Of a stretch of 52,935 bases of DNA, positions 29,542 through 38,539 are shown one piece after another (the first letter of the stretch is position 1; the number at the start of each line of letters is the position of its first letter). The translations under genes were made by a program, and so were the position numbers. Under the pieces are notes generated by a model. It was not told the origin of the DNA. It saw only the letters and a program-made list of their open reading frames with translations, and searched no databases. The stretch is from positions 1-52,935 of the forward strand of contig CAYVRD010000002.1 in assembly GCA_964454195.1 (NCBI GenBank). The letters are read 5' to 3'. The stretch comes from an uncultured Clostridia bacterium (GTDB lineage Bacteria > Bacillota > Desulfitisporia > Desulfitisporales > JAWSUQ01).

Positions 29542-29580
29542 ATACTTTCATTAAAAAACATTTTCAAAGGAGTGATAACC

Positions 29581-30960
29581 ATGAAAAACCCAGCAACTAT
29601 GGATCAAACAACGGGCTACAACAAGCTGACAAAGGAGGATGTAAAGCGCTTAATAGTCGAGCACCAAATTGAGACGATTCGCTTGGAATATGTAGATTTG
29701 AACGGTGTCAATAGAGGAAAGCTATTGCCTGCTGATATGATTGACGTAATCTTTGATGATGGCATTGCCTTTGCCGCAGCAGTAATGGCTATTTGCTTTG
29801 ACAACAATGTGGCCCAAGTCAAAGGGCTTACCGAGTACAATTACGATGATATGAAGGTTATCGCCGATCCGTCTACCTTCTTAATAATGCCTTATATAGA
29901 AAAGACTGCTCTATTGCTGGGAGATCTCTATTATCACAAAAAACCAATGAACCAGTCTCCCCGTTGGTTTTTGAAGAAAATGATAAAAGAGTATAACGAT
30001 TTAGGGTTAAATCCTATTGCTGCCAGTGAGCTGGAGTTTTTCCTATTTAAAAAGACGCCCCAGGGGGACTATCCTCCCTACACTAATCAGACGGGCAATG
30101 TCTATACCAGCAATATCCGCATCGACCCCCAGGGCTTTCTTTACAAGCTAACTAAGACCCTTAAGACCATGGATTTTCAAGTGCTCTATATGAACCACGA
30201 GTTTTATCCTGGGCAGTACGAGTACAATTGGAGTCATGGACCGGTACTGCGAAACGCTGATGAAACAAGTCTTTTTAAAGGCGTGTGCAAAGAAATAGCA
30301 GAGCAAAACGATCTTTTTGCCACCTTTATGGCTAGACCAAAAAACGAGAATGGCGGCAGCGGAGCCCATTACCACTTATCTCTTAATGATTTGTTCACTG
30401 GAGAAAATCTATTTTATGATAAAAACGACTCCCATCAAATGTCTCCTTTGATGTATAGCTTTGTGGCTGGAGTATTAAAGCATGCCAAAGCTTTAACTGC
30501 CTTTTTGGCACCAACAGTTAACTGCTACAAGCGTTTTTTACCTAACTCCTTTGCCCCATGTCATGTGGGCTGGGGTTATGACAACCGCACCACCTACATT
30601 AGAATTCCTGAGGATCGGGGCAAAGGTACCCGAGTTGAGGTGCGAGCCGGCAGCGCTGCCTCTAACCCCTATTTAGCTTTAGCAGGCATTTTAGCAGCAG
30701 GCTTAGATGGTATAAAAAATAATCTGACACCTCCGGATATAATCACCACTGACCTTTATAACGACGCTACTGTTCAAAAAGAAATCATTCCAAAAAGCTT
30801 GTTTAGAGCCTTACAGGAGCTGTCTAATGACGAATGGCTGTGTGAGTGCGCTGGGGAGGATTTGATTAATAACTTTGTGGAAATTAAGACTATTGAGGTA
30901 GATACATTTACCACTACTGTTACCGATTGGGAATGGAAGAATTATTCGTACCATATATAG
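29581..30960 (+). CDS. Glutamine synthetase-family gamma-glutamyl-amine ligase (GmaS/PuuA-like)
   Basis: The protein has a GS catalytic-domain layout (ELEFFLF, NHEFYPGQYEYN, GSGAHYHLSL, NCYKRF, DNRTTYIRIP). The track start is a GTG at 29572. AAAGGAG at 29566-29572 plus an 8-nt spacer favours the ATG at 29581. Confidence 0.8.
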   Translation: MKNPATMDQTTGYNKLTKEDVKRLIVEHQIETIRLEYVDLNGVNRGKLLPADMIDVIFDDGIAFAAAVMAICFDNNVAQVKGLTEYNYDDMKVIADPSTFLIMPYIEKTALLLGDLYYHKKPMNQSPRWFLKKMIKEYNDLGLNPIAASELEFFLFKKTPQGDYPPYTNQTGNVYTSNIRIDPQGFLYKLTKTLKTMDFQVLYMNHEFYPGQYEYNWSHGPVLRNADETSLFKGVCKEIAEQNDLFATFMARPKNENGGSGAHYHLSLNDLFTGENLFYDKNDSHQMSPLMYSFVAGVLKHAKALTAFLAPTVNCYKRFLPNSFAPCHVGWGYDNRTTYIRIPEDRGKGTRVEVRAGSAASNPYLALAGILAAGLDGIKNNLTPPDIITTDLYNDATVQKEIIPKSLFRALQELSNDEWLCECAGEDLINNFVEIKTIEVDTFTTTVTDWEWKNYSYHI

Positions 30961-30996
30961 TACCCCTTAATCGTATACTGGGAAGGAGATAAACAC

Positions 30997-31899
30997 ATGT
31001 GTGGGATAGCTGGAATAATCAATAAACAGGGTATGGAGATATCCACTAAGCTATTAGAAATGCTTTCTTTAATACAGCATCGGGGAATGGATGCCACTGG
31101 AATAGCTGTATATTATCAGAAGGATGATTCTTTGATCGATTTACGGGTGGCAGAAACAAAGAAAGATATGCATTCTACCCTGCTAAAGGTCTTAGGGCAG
31201 TATAGCTCGGTGCTGGAAGAAAAATCCTATGTAAAAAACCTTCTAGTTTCTTTTACTGAGGCTCGTCTAAAAATGGCAGAGGAGGATCTTCCCCAGCTCC
31301 ACGCAGCCATTAATCGGATCGATGGTCTCTATGTTCACTCCCTGGGCAGGGGAATTAAGGTCTACAAGGACGGGGGCACTACTAAAGATCTGCTGGCAGT
31401 CCACCAAATCGGTCAGTCCATAGCTACCCACGGTATGGGACACGTGCGCTTGGCCACTGAAAGCGCAGAGGACATCAATGCTGCTCATCCCTTTGTATCA
31501 CCTTTTTATCCCCAGCTGTCCATCGTCCACAATGGGCAGTTTACCAACTATTTTAATGTTAGAAGATATTTAGAAAGCAAAGGAGCCATCTTTAAGACCA
31601 TGAATGATTCTGAGGCAGCTAGTCACCTTATCGCTTATGCAATGGCCAACAACGGTGGCGACTTAGAAAGTGCCCTAAGCTTTGCTTTAAATGAGCTTGA
31701 CGGCATCTTCTGTATTATGGCCTCCACTGACAATCAGTTTGGCTTTGTTAAGGATAAGCTAGGCATCAAGCCTTTATTAGTTTTTGAAACAGAGGACATT
31801 ATCATGTTTGGCTCAGAGCAAATTGAGTTTACGGCCTTACACCCTGATGTGTTTGCCGAAGAAATGGAACCGGGGGAGATGCGGGTATGGAGTATATAA
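30997..31899 (+). CDS. Class-II (Ntn) glutamine amidotransferase domain protein (GlxA/MgsA-like)
   Basis: The N-terminal MCGIAGI carries the nucleophile Cys2. The protein is 300 aa and has a GGAAGGAG RBS. Confidence 0.85.
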   Translation: MCGIAGIINKQGMEISTKLLEMLSLIQHRGMDATGIAVYYQKDDSLIDLRVAETKKDMHSTLLKVLGQYSSVLEEKSYVKNLLVSFTEARLKMAEEDLPQLHAAINRIDGLYVHSLGRGIKVYKDGGTTKDLLAVHQIGQSIATHGMGHVRLATESAEDINAAHPFVSPFYPQLSIVHNGQFTNYFNVRRYLESKGAIFKTMNDSEAASHLIAYAMANNGGDLESALSFALNELDGIFCIMASTDNQFGFVKDKLGIKPLLVFETEDIIMFGSEQIEFTALHPDVFAEEMEPGEMRVWSI

Positions 31900-32612
31900 A
31901 TGCTAAAGCTATGGATACTAGAACACTAAACAAAGCTATAGCCCTCTCTTTAAAAGCCTCAGGTAGAGCAGTGGTAACAAACCCCCACTCTATGCACAAC
32001 ATTGCTGCAGGCTTAACAGATGCAGGTCAAATAATCATTCAGGGCAGTACCGGATTCTACACTGGAGGCTTTCTAGAAGGTCCTAGTATTTTAGTTGAAG
32101 GCAATGCCGGTTGGTATGCAGGAGACAACATGATGGATGGTCAACTAATAATCTCCAAAAACGCCGGCTGCAATGCGGGAACCTATCTTTGCGGCGGCAC
32201 TATCCTTATTCGGGGCAATGCCGGCAGCAGAACTGGTTATGCCATGAAAGGCGGCACTATCCTAGTCTGCGGTTCTGTAGGACGTTGGTCCGGTCAGATG
32301 ACCATGGGCGGGCAACTGGTGGTTTTAGGTGAGGTGGGCAAGCAAATAGGCGAATCCATGTATAAGGGTGTTATTTATGTCCGGGATCAGCAGGCTGCAG
32401 AAAAGCTGGGGGGAAATGTCTATCTTGATAGCATCACAGTGGAAGAGGTTAATCAGCTGCAGCAGCTTTTTGATAAGTACCAGCTGGAGGCTACTCCCAA
32501 GGAGTTTAAGGCAATCCGCCCCTGCCGAGAAGAGCGCCACAGCTATAGCCTGTTTACTCCCCAACTAAAGCCTCATTTGGCCAGAAAATTCAATGTGAGA
32601 GGAGATGCTTAA
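31887..32612 (+). CDS. GXGXG-repeat protein (glutamate synthase alpha-subunit C-terminal domain type; GlxC/MgsB-like)
   Basis: The protein has reiterated G-x-G beta-helix turns (GNAGWYAGDNMMDGQLIISKNAGCNAGTYLCGGTILIRGNAGSRTGYAMKGGTILVCG). It overlaps the upstream gene by 13 nt. Confidence 0.85.
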   Translation: MEYINAKAMDTRTLNKAIALSLKASGRAVVTNPHSMHNIAAGLTDAGQIIIQGSTGFYTGGFLEGPSILVEGNAGWYAGDNMMDGQLIISKNAGCNAGTYLCGGTILIRGNAGSRTGYAMKGGTILVCGSVGRWSGQMTMGGQLVVLGEVGKQIGESMYKGVIYVRDQQAAEKLGGNVYLDSITVEEVNQLQQLFDKYQLEATPKEFKAIRPCREERHSYSLFTPQLKPHLARKFNVRGDA

Positions 32613-32614
32613 TC

Positions 32615-33931
32615 ATGACCACAGCTAAGATATCAGAGCCAAAAGATGTGCAAAGGGGCGTTTGGAATCAAGAGACAGTGGCAGAAATCCAATACAAGGC
32701 CACCAACGGCAAGCACCGCATCCGAGGCTGCGGCTCGGTACGCTCCATGCCCACCTTCGACGATATTATGATTCTCCCCTCCCAGCTCAGCCGAATGTCC
32801 TTGGATACCTATAGAGAGCATTGCGATACCACTACTGTATTAGGTCAACGCTTTGCCTCAAAACCGTTGGAAATAGAAACCCCTATAATGATAGCTGGTA
32901 TGTCCTATGGAGCTTTGAGCAAGGAGGCTAAAATAGCCTTAGCCAAGGCTACAGCCTTAACAGGTACAGTAATTAGCAACGGTGAGGGAGGGCTATTGCC
33001 TGAAGAGCTGGAAAACTCCTACCGACAATCAATCCAAATTTTACCTAGCCGCTTTGGCTTAAATAAACGCAGCATAGAAGTGGCTGACATGCTGGAGTTT
33101 CTGGTGGGTATCGGCGCAAAACCCGGTCTGTCTGGCCACCTCATGGGTAGCAAAATTTCACCTGAAATAGCCCAGTTCAGGCAAATTCCTGTTGGTATTG
33201 ATTTGCATAGCCATCCTCGCCACGGTGATTGCTTTGGAGCAGATGACATGGTGGTAAAAGTGGAGCAAATTCGAGAATTGACCAACGGGGAGGTTCCAAT
33301 TTTCCTAAAAATTGCTGCGGGCAGAGTTAAGGAGGATGTGAAGATAGCCTTCAAGGTTGGAGTAGATGGCATCATCATTGATGGAGCTCAAGGGGGAACA
33401 GGGGCTGCTCCAGTAATGGCGACAGACCACCTGGGTATTCCCACCATGCCCGCCTTGGTACAGGCCGTGCGAACCTTAGAGGAAATGGGTATCAAAGATC
33501 AGTTTAGCATTATCATCTCTGGGGGCATCAAAGACGGTGCTGACCTGGCAAAGGCTCTAGCCATGGGAGCTGACGCTGTGGCCATTGGTACCGGTGCCAT
33601 GGTGGCCATGGGTTGCCGAGTCTGTCTAAGGTGTCATACAGGCATCTGCCCCTACGGCATTGGCACTCAAAAGCCAGAGCTACGAGAAAGACTAGATATA
33701 GACTTGGCTGCTGAGAGAGTAGCCAATTATATCAAAGCCATAACCTGCGAGGCTGTGCTCCTAGCAAAGGCTGCAGGAAAAACAAAGCTAAAAAACTTAG
33801 AACGGGAAGACTTGCGAGCTTTAACTATTGAAGCCTCCGCCATGACCGGCATTCCCTTAGTGGGAACAGATTTAGTATTTGGTCAACGTTACGGCTTTGG
33901 AGAAAGTCATAAAGGGGGCTGTTGTATATGA
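32615..33931 (+). CDS. FMN-binding glutamate synthase-family protein (GlxD/MgsC-like)
   Basis: The 438-aa protein has the blocks GMSYGALS, IIIDGAQGGTGAAP and ISGGIKDGADLAKALAMGADAV, which are typical of the GltB FMN domain. Confidence 0.85.
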   Translation: MTTAKISEPKDVQRGVWNQETVAEIQYKATNGKHRIRGCGSVRSMPTFDDIMILPSQLSRMSLDTYREHCDTTTVLGQRFASKPLEIETPIMIAGMSYGALSKEAKIALAKATALTGTVISNGEGGLLPEELENSYRQSIQILPSRFGLNKRSIEVADMLEFLVGIGAKPGLSGHLMGSKISPEIAQFRQIPVGIDLHSHPRHGDCFGADDMVVKVEQIRELTNGEVPIFLKIAAGRVKEDVKIAFKVGVDGIIIDGAQGGTGAAPVMATDHLGIPTMPALVQAVRTLEEMGIKDQFSIIISGGIKDGADLAKALAMGADAVAIGTGAMVAMGCRVCLRCHTGICPYGIGTQKPELRERLDIDLAAERVANYIKAITCEAVLLAKAAGKTKLKNLEREDLRALTIEASAMTGIPLVGTDLVFGQRYGFGESHKGGCCI

Positions 33932-34248
33932 GAATAGCTCATCACCCGGTCTTAGGATTAATTGATAAGGGGCGAAGGGTCAGCTTTTACCACGATGGCA
34001 AGCTGTTAGAAGGCTTTGAAGGAGAACCAATCTCTGTGGCGCTAAAGGCTAACGGCATTATTACCCATAGATATACCGCTGTGCGTCAAGAGCCTAGAGG
34101 CGTTTTTTGCGCCATTGGCCGCTGCACTGACTGCGTTATGGTAGTAGACGGCAAGCCCAACGTTCGTACTTGTGTCACCCCCCTTGAAGAAGGCATGCAG
34201 GTTCAGACCCAATACGGGATAAAATCGAATAAGGATGAGGCCATATGA
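33928..34248 (+). CDS. Small (2Fe-2S)-binding subunit (sarcosine-oxidase-alpha N-terminal / HcnA-like)
   Basis: The protein carries the FCAIGRCTDCVMVVDGKPNVRTC motif. The track start is a TTG at 33922. An ATG at 33928 overlaps the upstream stop (ATATGA). Confidence 0.7.
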   Translation: MRIAHHPVLGLIDKGRRVSFYHDGKLLEGFEGEPISVALKANGIITHRYTAVRQEPRGVFCAIGRCTDCVMVVDGKPNVRTCVTPLEEGMQVQTQYGIKSNKDEAI

Positions 34249-35852
34249 AAAGATATGATGTTATTGTCATAGGTGCAGGACCCGCTGGCCTCTCAGCTGC
34301 CATTGTTGCCGCCTCAAAGGGCATGAGCACTCTGGTGTTCGATGAAAATGATCGGCCGGGAGGACAGCTGTTTAAACAGATTCATAAGTTTTTTGGCTCA
34401 AAAGAACACAAGGCAAAAATCAGAGGCTTTAAAATCGGCCAGATGCTGTTGGCAGAAGCTCAACAGCTAGGAGTTCAGGTAGAGCTAAATGCCACAGTAA
34501 TTGGCTTGTTTCCAAATAAAGAAATATCTGTAATGCAAAATGATACCATCCTCCACTACCGGGCTAATAGCATTGTCATAGCTACGGGAGCATCTGAAAA
34601 CATGATTCCCTTTCCTGGTTGGACTTTGCCGGGAGTGATGGGAGCAGGAGCAGCTCAGACCATGATGAATATCCACGGTATTAAGCCTGGGCAAAACATC
34701 CTCATGGTAGGCTCAGGCAACGTAGGTGTAGTGGTGGGCTATCAGCTTTTACAAGCAGGTTGTCAGCTAGCAGGAGTAATAGATGCTGCCCCTGTCATAG
34801 GTGGCTACGGAGTACATGCAGCCAAAATAGCCCGAATGGGAGTTCCTTTCTATTTATCCCACACTATAGTGGGTGCTTACGGCACTGAGAAAGTGGAAAA
34901 AGCTGTTATTGCTAAAGTTGATAAAAACTGGTCTGTCTTGCCTGGCACTGAGCAAGAGCTAGCTGTAGACACGGTTTGCTTAGCTGTGGGATTGACTCCT
35001 TCAGTACAGTTGGCCAAAATGGCTGGCTGCCTGGTGGAAGATGTATCTTGTAAAGGCGGTCTAGTTCCTGCAACCAATGAATATGGAGAAACCTCTGTAT
35101 CTGGCATCTATGTGGCAGGAGATGTGGCGGGTATTGAAGAAGCCAGCTCTGCTATGATTCAAGGAAAAATTGCGGGAATAGCCATTGCCCGAGCCCAGGG
35201 CTATCTTCAGGAATCCGAGTTTACAGCTACCTTTGAACAATTGGGCCACTCCCTATCTCAGCTAAGAGCAGGACAGTTCTGTCATGAAAATAAAGGTCGA
35301 ACCGATTTAGCTGCCACCGATGAGGGATACTCCCTATCCCATAGCCTAATGGTAAATGGCTATTTACTGGAGCAGGAGCTAGCCATGTTTCCAGGAGCAT
35401 CTATTTCTACTGATGCCAATGGGGTATTTCCAGTAGTAGAATGTACTCAAAATATTCCCTGCGATCCTTGCCAAGATGTGTGCAAAAAAGGCTGCATCCA
35501 AGTGGGCCAACGGATTACTAATTTACCCGTGGTAAACCAAGCTAGCTCTTGTAACGGATGTGGCATGTGCGTAGCCTCCTGCCCCGGTCAAGCTATTTTT
35601 TTGGTAGATAGAGGACATGATGCCCACTTGGCAGCAATCTCAATTCCTTATGAAGAGTATCCCCTACCCCAGCCAGGTCACAAGGGAAAAGCATTAGACA
35701 GGGGAGGTCAGGTAGTGGGAGAGGCTCAGGTAGTTAAGGTCAAAACAGCAAAGGCCATGGATCAAACAGCCATCGTTACAATTCAAGTGCCTCAGTCACT
35801 GGCTATGACAGTCCGCTATTTTATTCCTTGGACAGAGGAAGGAGTATGTTGA
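34245..35852 (+). CDS. FAD/NAD(P)-binding oxidoreductase subunit with a C-terminal 4Fe-4S motif (opine-oxidase A / HcnB-like)
   Basis: The protein has VIVIGAGPAGLSAA, a second dinucleotide fold (MVGSGNVGVV) and CNGCGMCVASCP. Its start forms an ATGA overlap with the upstream gene. Confidence 0.8.
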   Translation: MKRYDVIVIGAGPAGLSAAIVAASKGMSTLVFDENDRPGGQLFKQIHKFFGSKEHKAKIRGFKIGQMLLAEAQQLGVQVELNATVIGLFPNKEISVMQNDTILHYRANSIVIATGASENMIPFPGWTLPGVMGAGAAQTMMNIHGIKPGQNILMVGSGNVGVVVGYQLLQAGCQLAGVIDAAPVIGGYGVHAAKIARMGVPFYLSHTIVGAYGTEKVEKAVIAKVDKNWSVLPGTEQELAVDTVCLAVGLTPSVQLAKMAGCLVEDVSCKGGLVPATNEYGETSVSGIYVAGDVAGIEEASSAMIQGKIAGIAIARAQGYLQESEFTATFEQLGHSLSQLRAGQFCHENKGRTDLAATDEGYSLSHSLMVNGYLLEQELAMFPGASISTDANGVFPVVECTQNIPCDPCQDVCKKGCIQVGQRITNLPVVNQASSCNGCGMCVASCPGQAIFLVDRGHDAHLAAISIPYEEYPLPQPGHKGKALDRGGQVVGEAQVVKVKTAKAMDQTAIVTIQVPQSLAMTVRYFIPWTEEGVC

Positions 35853-35853
35853 G

Positions 35854-36204
35854 ATGAGTAGATTAGACAGAACCTTAGCAAAAAATAATCCGCCTTTTAT
35901 CTCTCAGCCTGACGACCATCTACTAATCTGCAGGTGTGAGGAAATAACTAAAGGTCAAATTAGAGCAGCCATCCATGCGGGCATGCACACCATGAACGAA
36001 TTAAGAAAATATTTGCGAACGGGTATGGGCCTATGTCAAGGCCAGACTTGCCACAGATTAGTGCGAGGTATTTTGGCCAGAGAGCTAGGACTTTCTCCAG
36101 GAGATATTGCTTTGCCAACCTCTCGACCACCTAACCGTCCTATTCCTATGGCTGTTTACGCCAGTGACAGCATCAGCTCCAGCAAAGGTGGTGAAACCAA
36201 GTGA
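35854..36204 (+). CDS. BFD-like (2Fe-2S)-binding protein
   Basis: The 116-aa protein carries the CRCEEIT...GMGLCQGQTC cysteine pattern. Confidence 0.7.
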   Translation: MSRLDRTLAKNNPPFISQPDDHLLICRCEEITKGQIRAAIHAGMHTMNELRKYLRTGMGLCQGQTCHRLVRGILARELGLSPGDIALPTSRPPNRPIPMAVYASDSISSSKGGETK

Positions 36205-37322
36205 AAACGGCAGACGTAATAATTATCGGTGGCGGCATTATTGGATGTGCTACTGCCTACTATCTGGCCAAACAGGGCATTATTTCCTTGGTGTTAGAAA
36301 AGGAAGACATTGGCTGGGGCGCTTCCAGTCGCAACGGTGGGGGAATTCGGCAGTCTGCCCGGGATTTACGGGAGCTACCTTTAGCCATGGATGCAGTAAA
36401 AAACCTATGGCCAAGCCTATCTGAGGAACTGGGGGTAGACGTTGAGTACGTACAAAAAGGCAACCTGCGCCTGGGTAAAACTGAGGCTCATAAAGCCACC
36501 CTGGAAAAAATAGTTGATCAAGGTCAGGCAGCTGGCTTAGACCTAAGGATGATTGGGCCAGAGGAGATACGTGAAATATGTCCCCAAGTATCAGAAGAAG
36601 TGATTACAGCCAGCTATTGCCCTACCGACGGCCATGGAAATCCTATGCGATCTACCCTGGCTTATTACAAGCGGGCTAGAGAACTGGGGGTATCCTTTGT
36701 CACTGGTGAAGAGGTTCTATCAATTAATCTCATCAAAGGTAAGGTCAGTGGTGTGCAAACAGACAAGGCCCAATATTGGAGTGACCAGGTACTGCTGGCA
36801 GCAGGCTTAAGCTCTCGCCCTCTAGCCCAAACAGTAGGGTTAGATATTCCCATGCTGAGCGTTCTCACAGAGACCCTGGTAACCGACCAACAGCCCCCCA
36901 TGTTTCCGCAGATGATAGGCACAGCAGCATCAGATTTTTACGGTCACCAAACTACTCATGGTTCCTTTGTGTTTGGCGGCATGACCGGACTAGAGCCCTT
37001 TGCAGCAGAAAAAACAAACCCGGTCAGCACTCCTATTACAGTTCCACACATCTGTCGAGCCATCCTCAAGTATTTCCCTACTTTAGCTCAGACAGCAGTG
37101 ATTAGAACCTGGTCTGGATTTATCGATGATACAGCAGATCATGTGCCTGTATTAAGTAGAGTAGATGAGGTGCCTGGTTTAACCTTGGCCTGTGGTTTTA
37201 GTGGCCACGGCTATGGCATAGCTCCTTCAGTGGGCAGGCTGTTGGCTCAACTGATAACAGACCAACAGCCCTACCTATCCCTGGATGCCTTTAGGTATAA
37301 TCGATTTGGTCCCAAAGGATAA
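36201..37322 (+). CDS. FAD-dependent oxidoreductase, DAO family (sarcosine-oxidase-beta / opine-oxidase B / HcnC-like)
   Basis: The N-terminal VIIIGGGIIGCATAYYLAK is a dinucleotide fold and the protein is 373 aa. The GTG start overlaps the upstream stop (GTGA). Confidence 0.85.
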   Translation: MKTADVIIIGGGIIGCATAYYLAKQGIISLVLEKEDIGWGASSRNGGGIRQSARDLRELPLAMDAVKNLWPSLSEELGVDVEYVQKGNLRLGKTEAHKATLEKIVDQGQAAGLDLRMIGPEEIREICPQVSEEVITASYCPTDGHGNPMRSTLAYYKRARELGVSFVTGEEVLSINLIKGKVSGVQTDKAQYWSDQVLLAAGLSSRPLAQTVGLDIPMLSVLTETLVTDQQPPMFPQMIGTAASDFYGHQTTHGSFVFGGMTGLEPFAAEKTNPVSTPITVPHICRAILKYFPTLAQTAVIRTWSGFIDDTADHVPVLSRVDEVPGLTLACGFSGHGYGIAPSVGRLLAQLITDQQPYLSLDAFRYNRFGPKG

Positions 37323-37352
37323 AAAAACTTAGTTACGAAAGGATGAAAATTT

Positions 37353-37748
37353 ATGGACTTGAAAAGAAGCAGCTATTCCTCAGGTGCGCCACTGGAAGAA
37401 AAGGTGGGCTATAGTCGTGTTGTCAAGGTGGGCCCCTTTGTCTATGTGGGCGGCACCACCTCAGTTCTACCCGACGGAAGCGTATACGGAGAGGGAGACG
37501 GATATGCCCAAACAAAATTTATTCTAGAAAAAATGCTTGGGTTTTTAAACGACGCTGGCGCCCAGAGGGAGGAGGTCATCAAGGTAAAAATCTATGCCAC
37601 AGACATGAGCCGCACTAAGGAGTACATCCAAGCCTACTCAGAAATTTTCAAAGATATTAAGCCCCTGTGCACCTTAGTAGGAATCTCGGCCCTAAACCGA
37701 CCCAGCCAGCTGGTGGAAATAGAGATAGATGCAGTCATCGGCTCGTAA
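37353..37748 (+). CDS. RidA/YjgF-family enamine-imine deaminase-like protein
   Basis: The 131-aa protein shows a family-typical pattern (VKVGPFVYVGGTT..., ...KIYATDM..., ...LVEIEIDAV). Confidence 0.8.
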   Translation: MDLKRSSYSSGAPLEEKVGYSRVVKVGPFVYVGGTTSVLPDGSVYGEGDGYAQTKFILEKMLGFLNDAGAQREEVIKVKIYATDMSRTKEYIQAYSEIFKDIKPLCTLVGISALNRPSQLVEIEIDAVIGS

Positions 37749-37775
37749 AGCTATATTACTTATAAACACATTTCA

Positions 37776-37812
37776 AGTCTCTTTCGTTTAACGAAAGAGA
37801 CTACTTTTATTT
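37776..37812. terminator. Bidirectional intrinsic terminator between the convergent amine operon and the ABC transporter genes
   Basis: An 11-bp perfect stem forms between agtctctttcg (37776-37786) and cgaaagagact (37792-37802), followed by acTTTTATTT. It overlaps the stop of the ABC ATPase gene. Confidence 0.75.
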
Positions 37813-38529
37813 ATCTAATTTTTTTAACCATTCTTCTAATTCCCTTTGGCGATCTGCCCCCACTTTAAATTCCTTACAGGCAGCAAGCTGTCCATCCCTA
37901 ATATAGAGTACTGATTTTGCTCTACTTGCCACATAGGGATCATGAGTGACGGTCATTATGGTCATTCCATCGCGGTTTAAATCCTCTAGAATAGCTAATA
38001 CTTGATCTGTGGCACCGGAATTCAGCGCTCCTGTGGGTTCATCCAAAAACAGAATTTCAGGGTTATTAATCATTGCCCGGCAAATGGAAGCCCGTTGCAG
38101 CTGTCCACCCGAAACTTCCCGGACATCCCGCCCTTCTATTCCTTGAATATCCATCCTGCTAATTAAATCTGATGCCCGCTTTCTTATTTTATCAGCAGCT
38201 TCTCTTTTGGCTACAAGACCGGGTAAGATAATGTTGTCATAGATAGTTAGATTTTTTAGCAGCTGGGGTCTCTGAAAAACAAAGCCCATTTTAGTCAATC
38301 GAAGACTGGCTAATTCATCTTCCTGCAGTTCAGATATATTTATTCCTTCAAACAGTACTCTACCGCTACTAATCCTATCCATACCACTAATGCTATATAG
38401 CAGGCTTGATTTACCGGAACCAGAAGGCCCCATAACTGCAACGAAATCTCCTTTTTTTATTTCAAAAGACACGTCATGTAATATCTGAGATTTTTTAATT
38501 AGCTTACTAATATGTTCAACTTTTATCAT
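37807..38529 (-). CDS. ABC transporter ATP-binding protein (MacB/LolD/FtsE-type)
   Basis: The protein has Walker A GPSGSGKSS, the signature SGGQLQR and Walker B ILFLDEPT. Confidence 0.9.
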   Translation of the reverse strand: MIKVEHISKLIKKSQILHDVSFEIKKGDFVAVMGPSGSGKSSLLYSISGMDRISSGRVLFEGINISELQEDELASLRLTKMGFVFQRPQLLKNLTIYDNIILPGLVAKREAADKIRKRASDLISRMDIQGIEGRDVREVSGGQLQRASICRAMINNPEILFLDEPTGALNSGATDQVLAILEDLNRDGMTIMTVTHDPYVASRAKSVLYIRDGQLAACKEFKVGADRQRELEEWLKKLDK

Positions 38530-38539
38530 GGCTCTACTC

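Noticed and set aside
29369-29580. TnrA/GlnR box, T-box or glutamine-riboswitch features in the leader of the GS-like operon
   Set aside because: I saw no TGTNA-N7-TNACA palindrome, no T-box consensus and no obvious conserved riboswitch core. I kept only the promoter and the terminator hairpin, which are directly visible.
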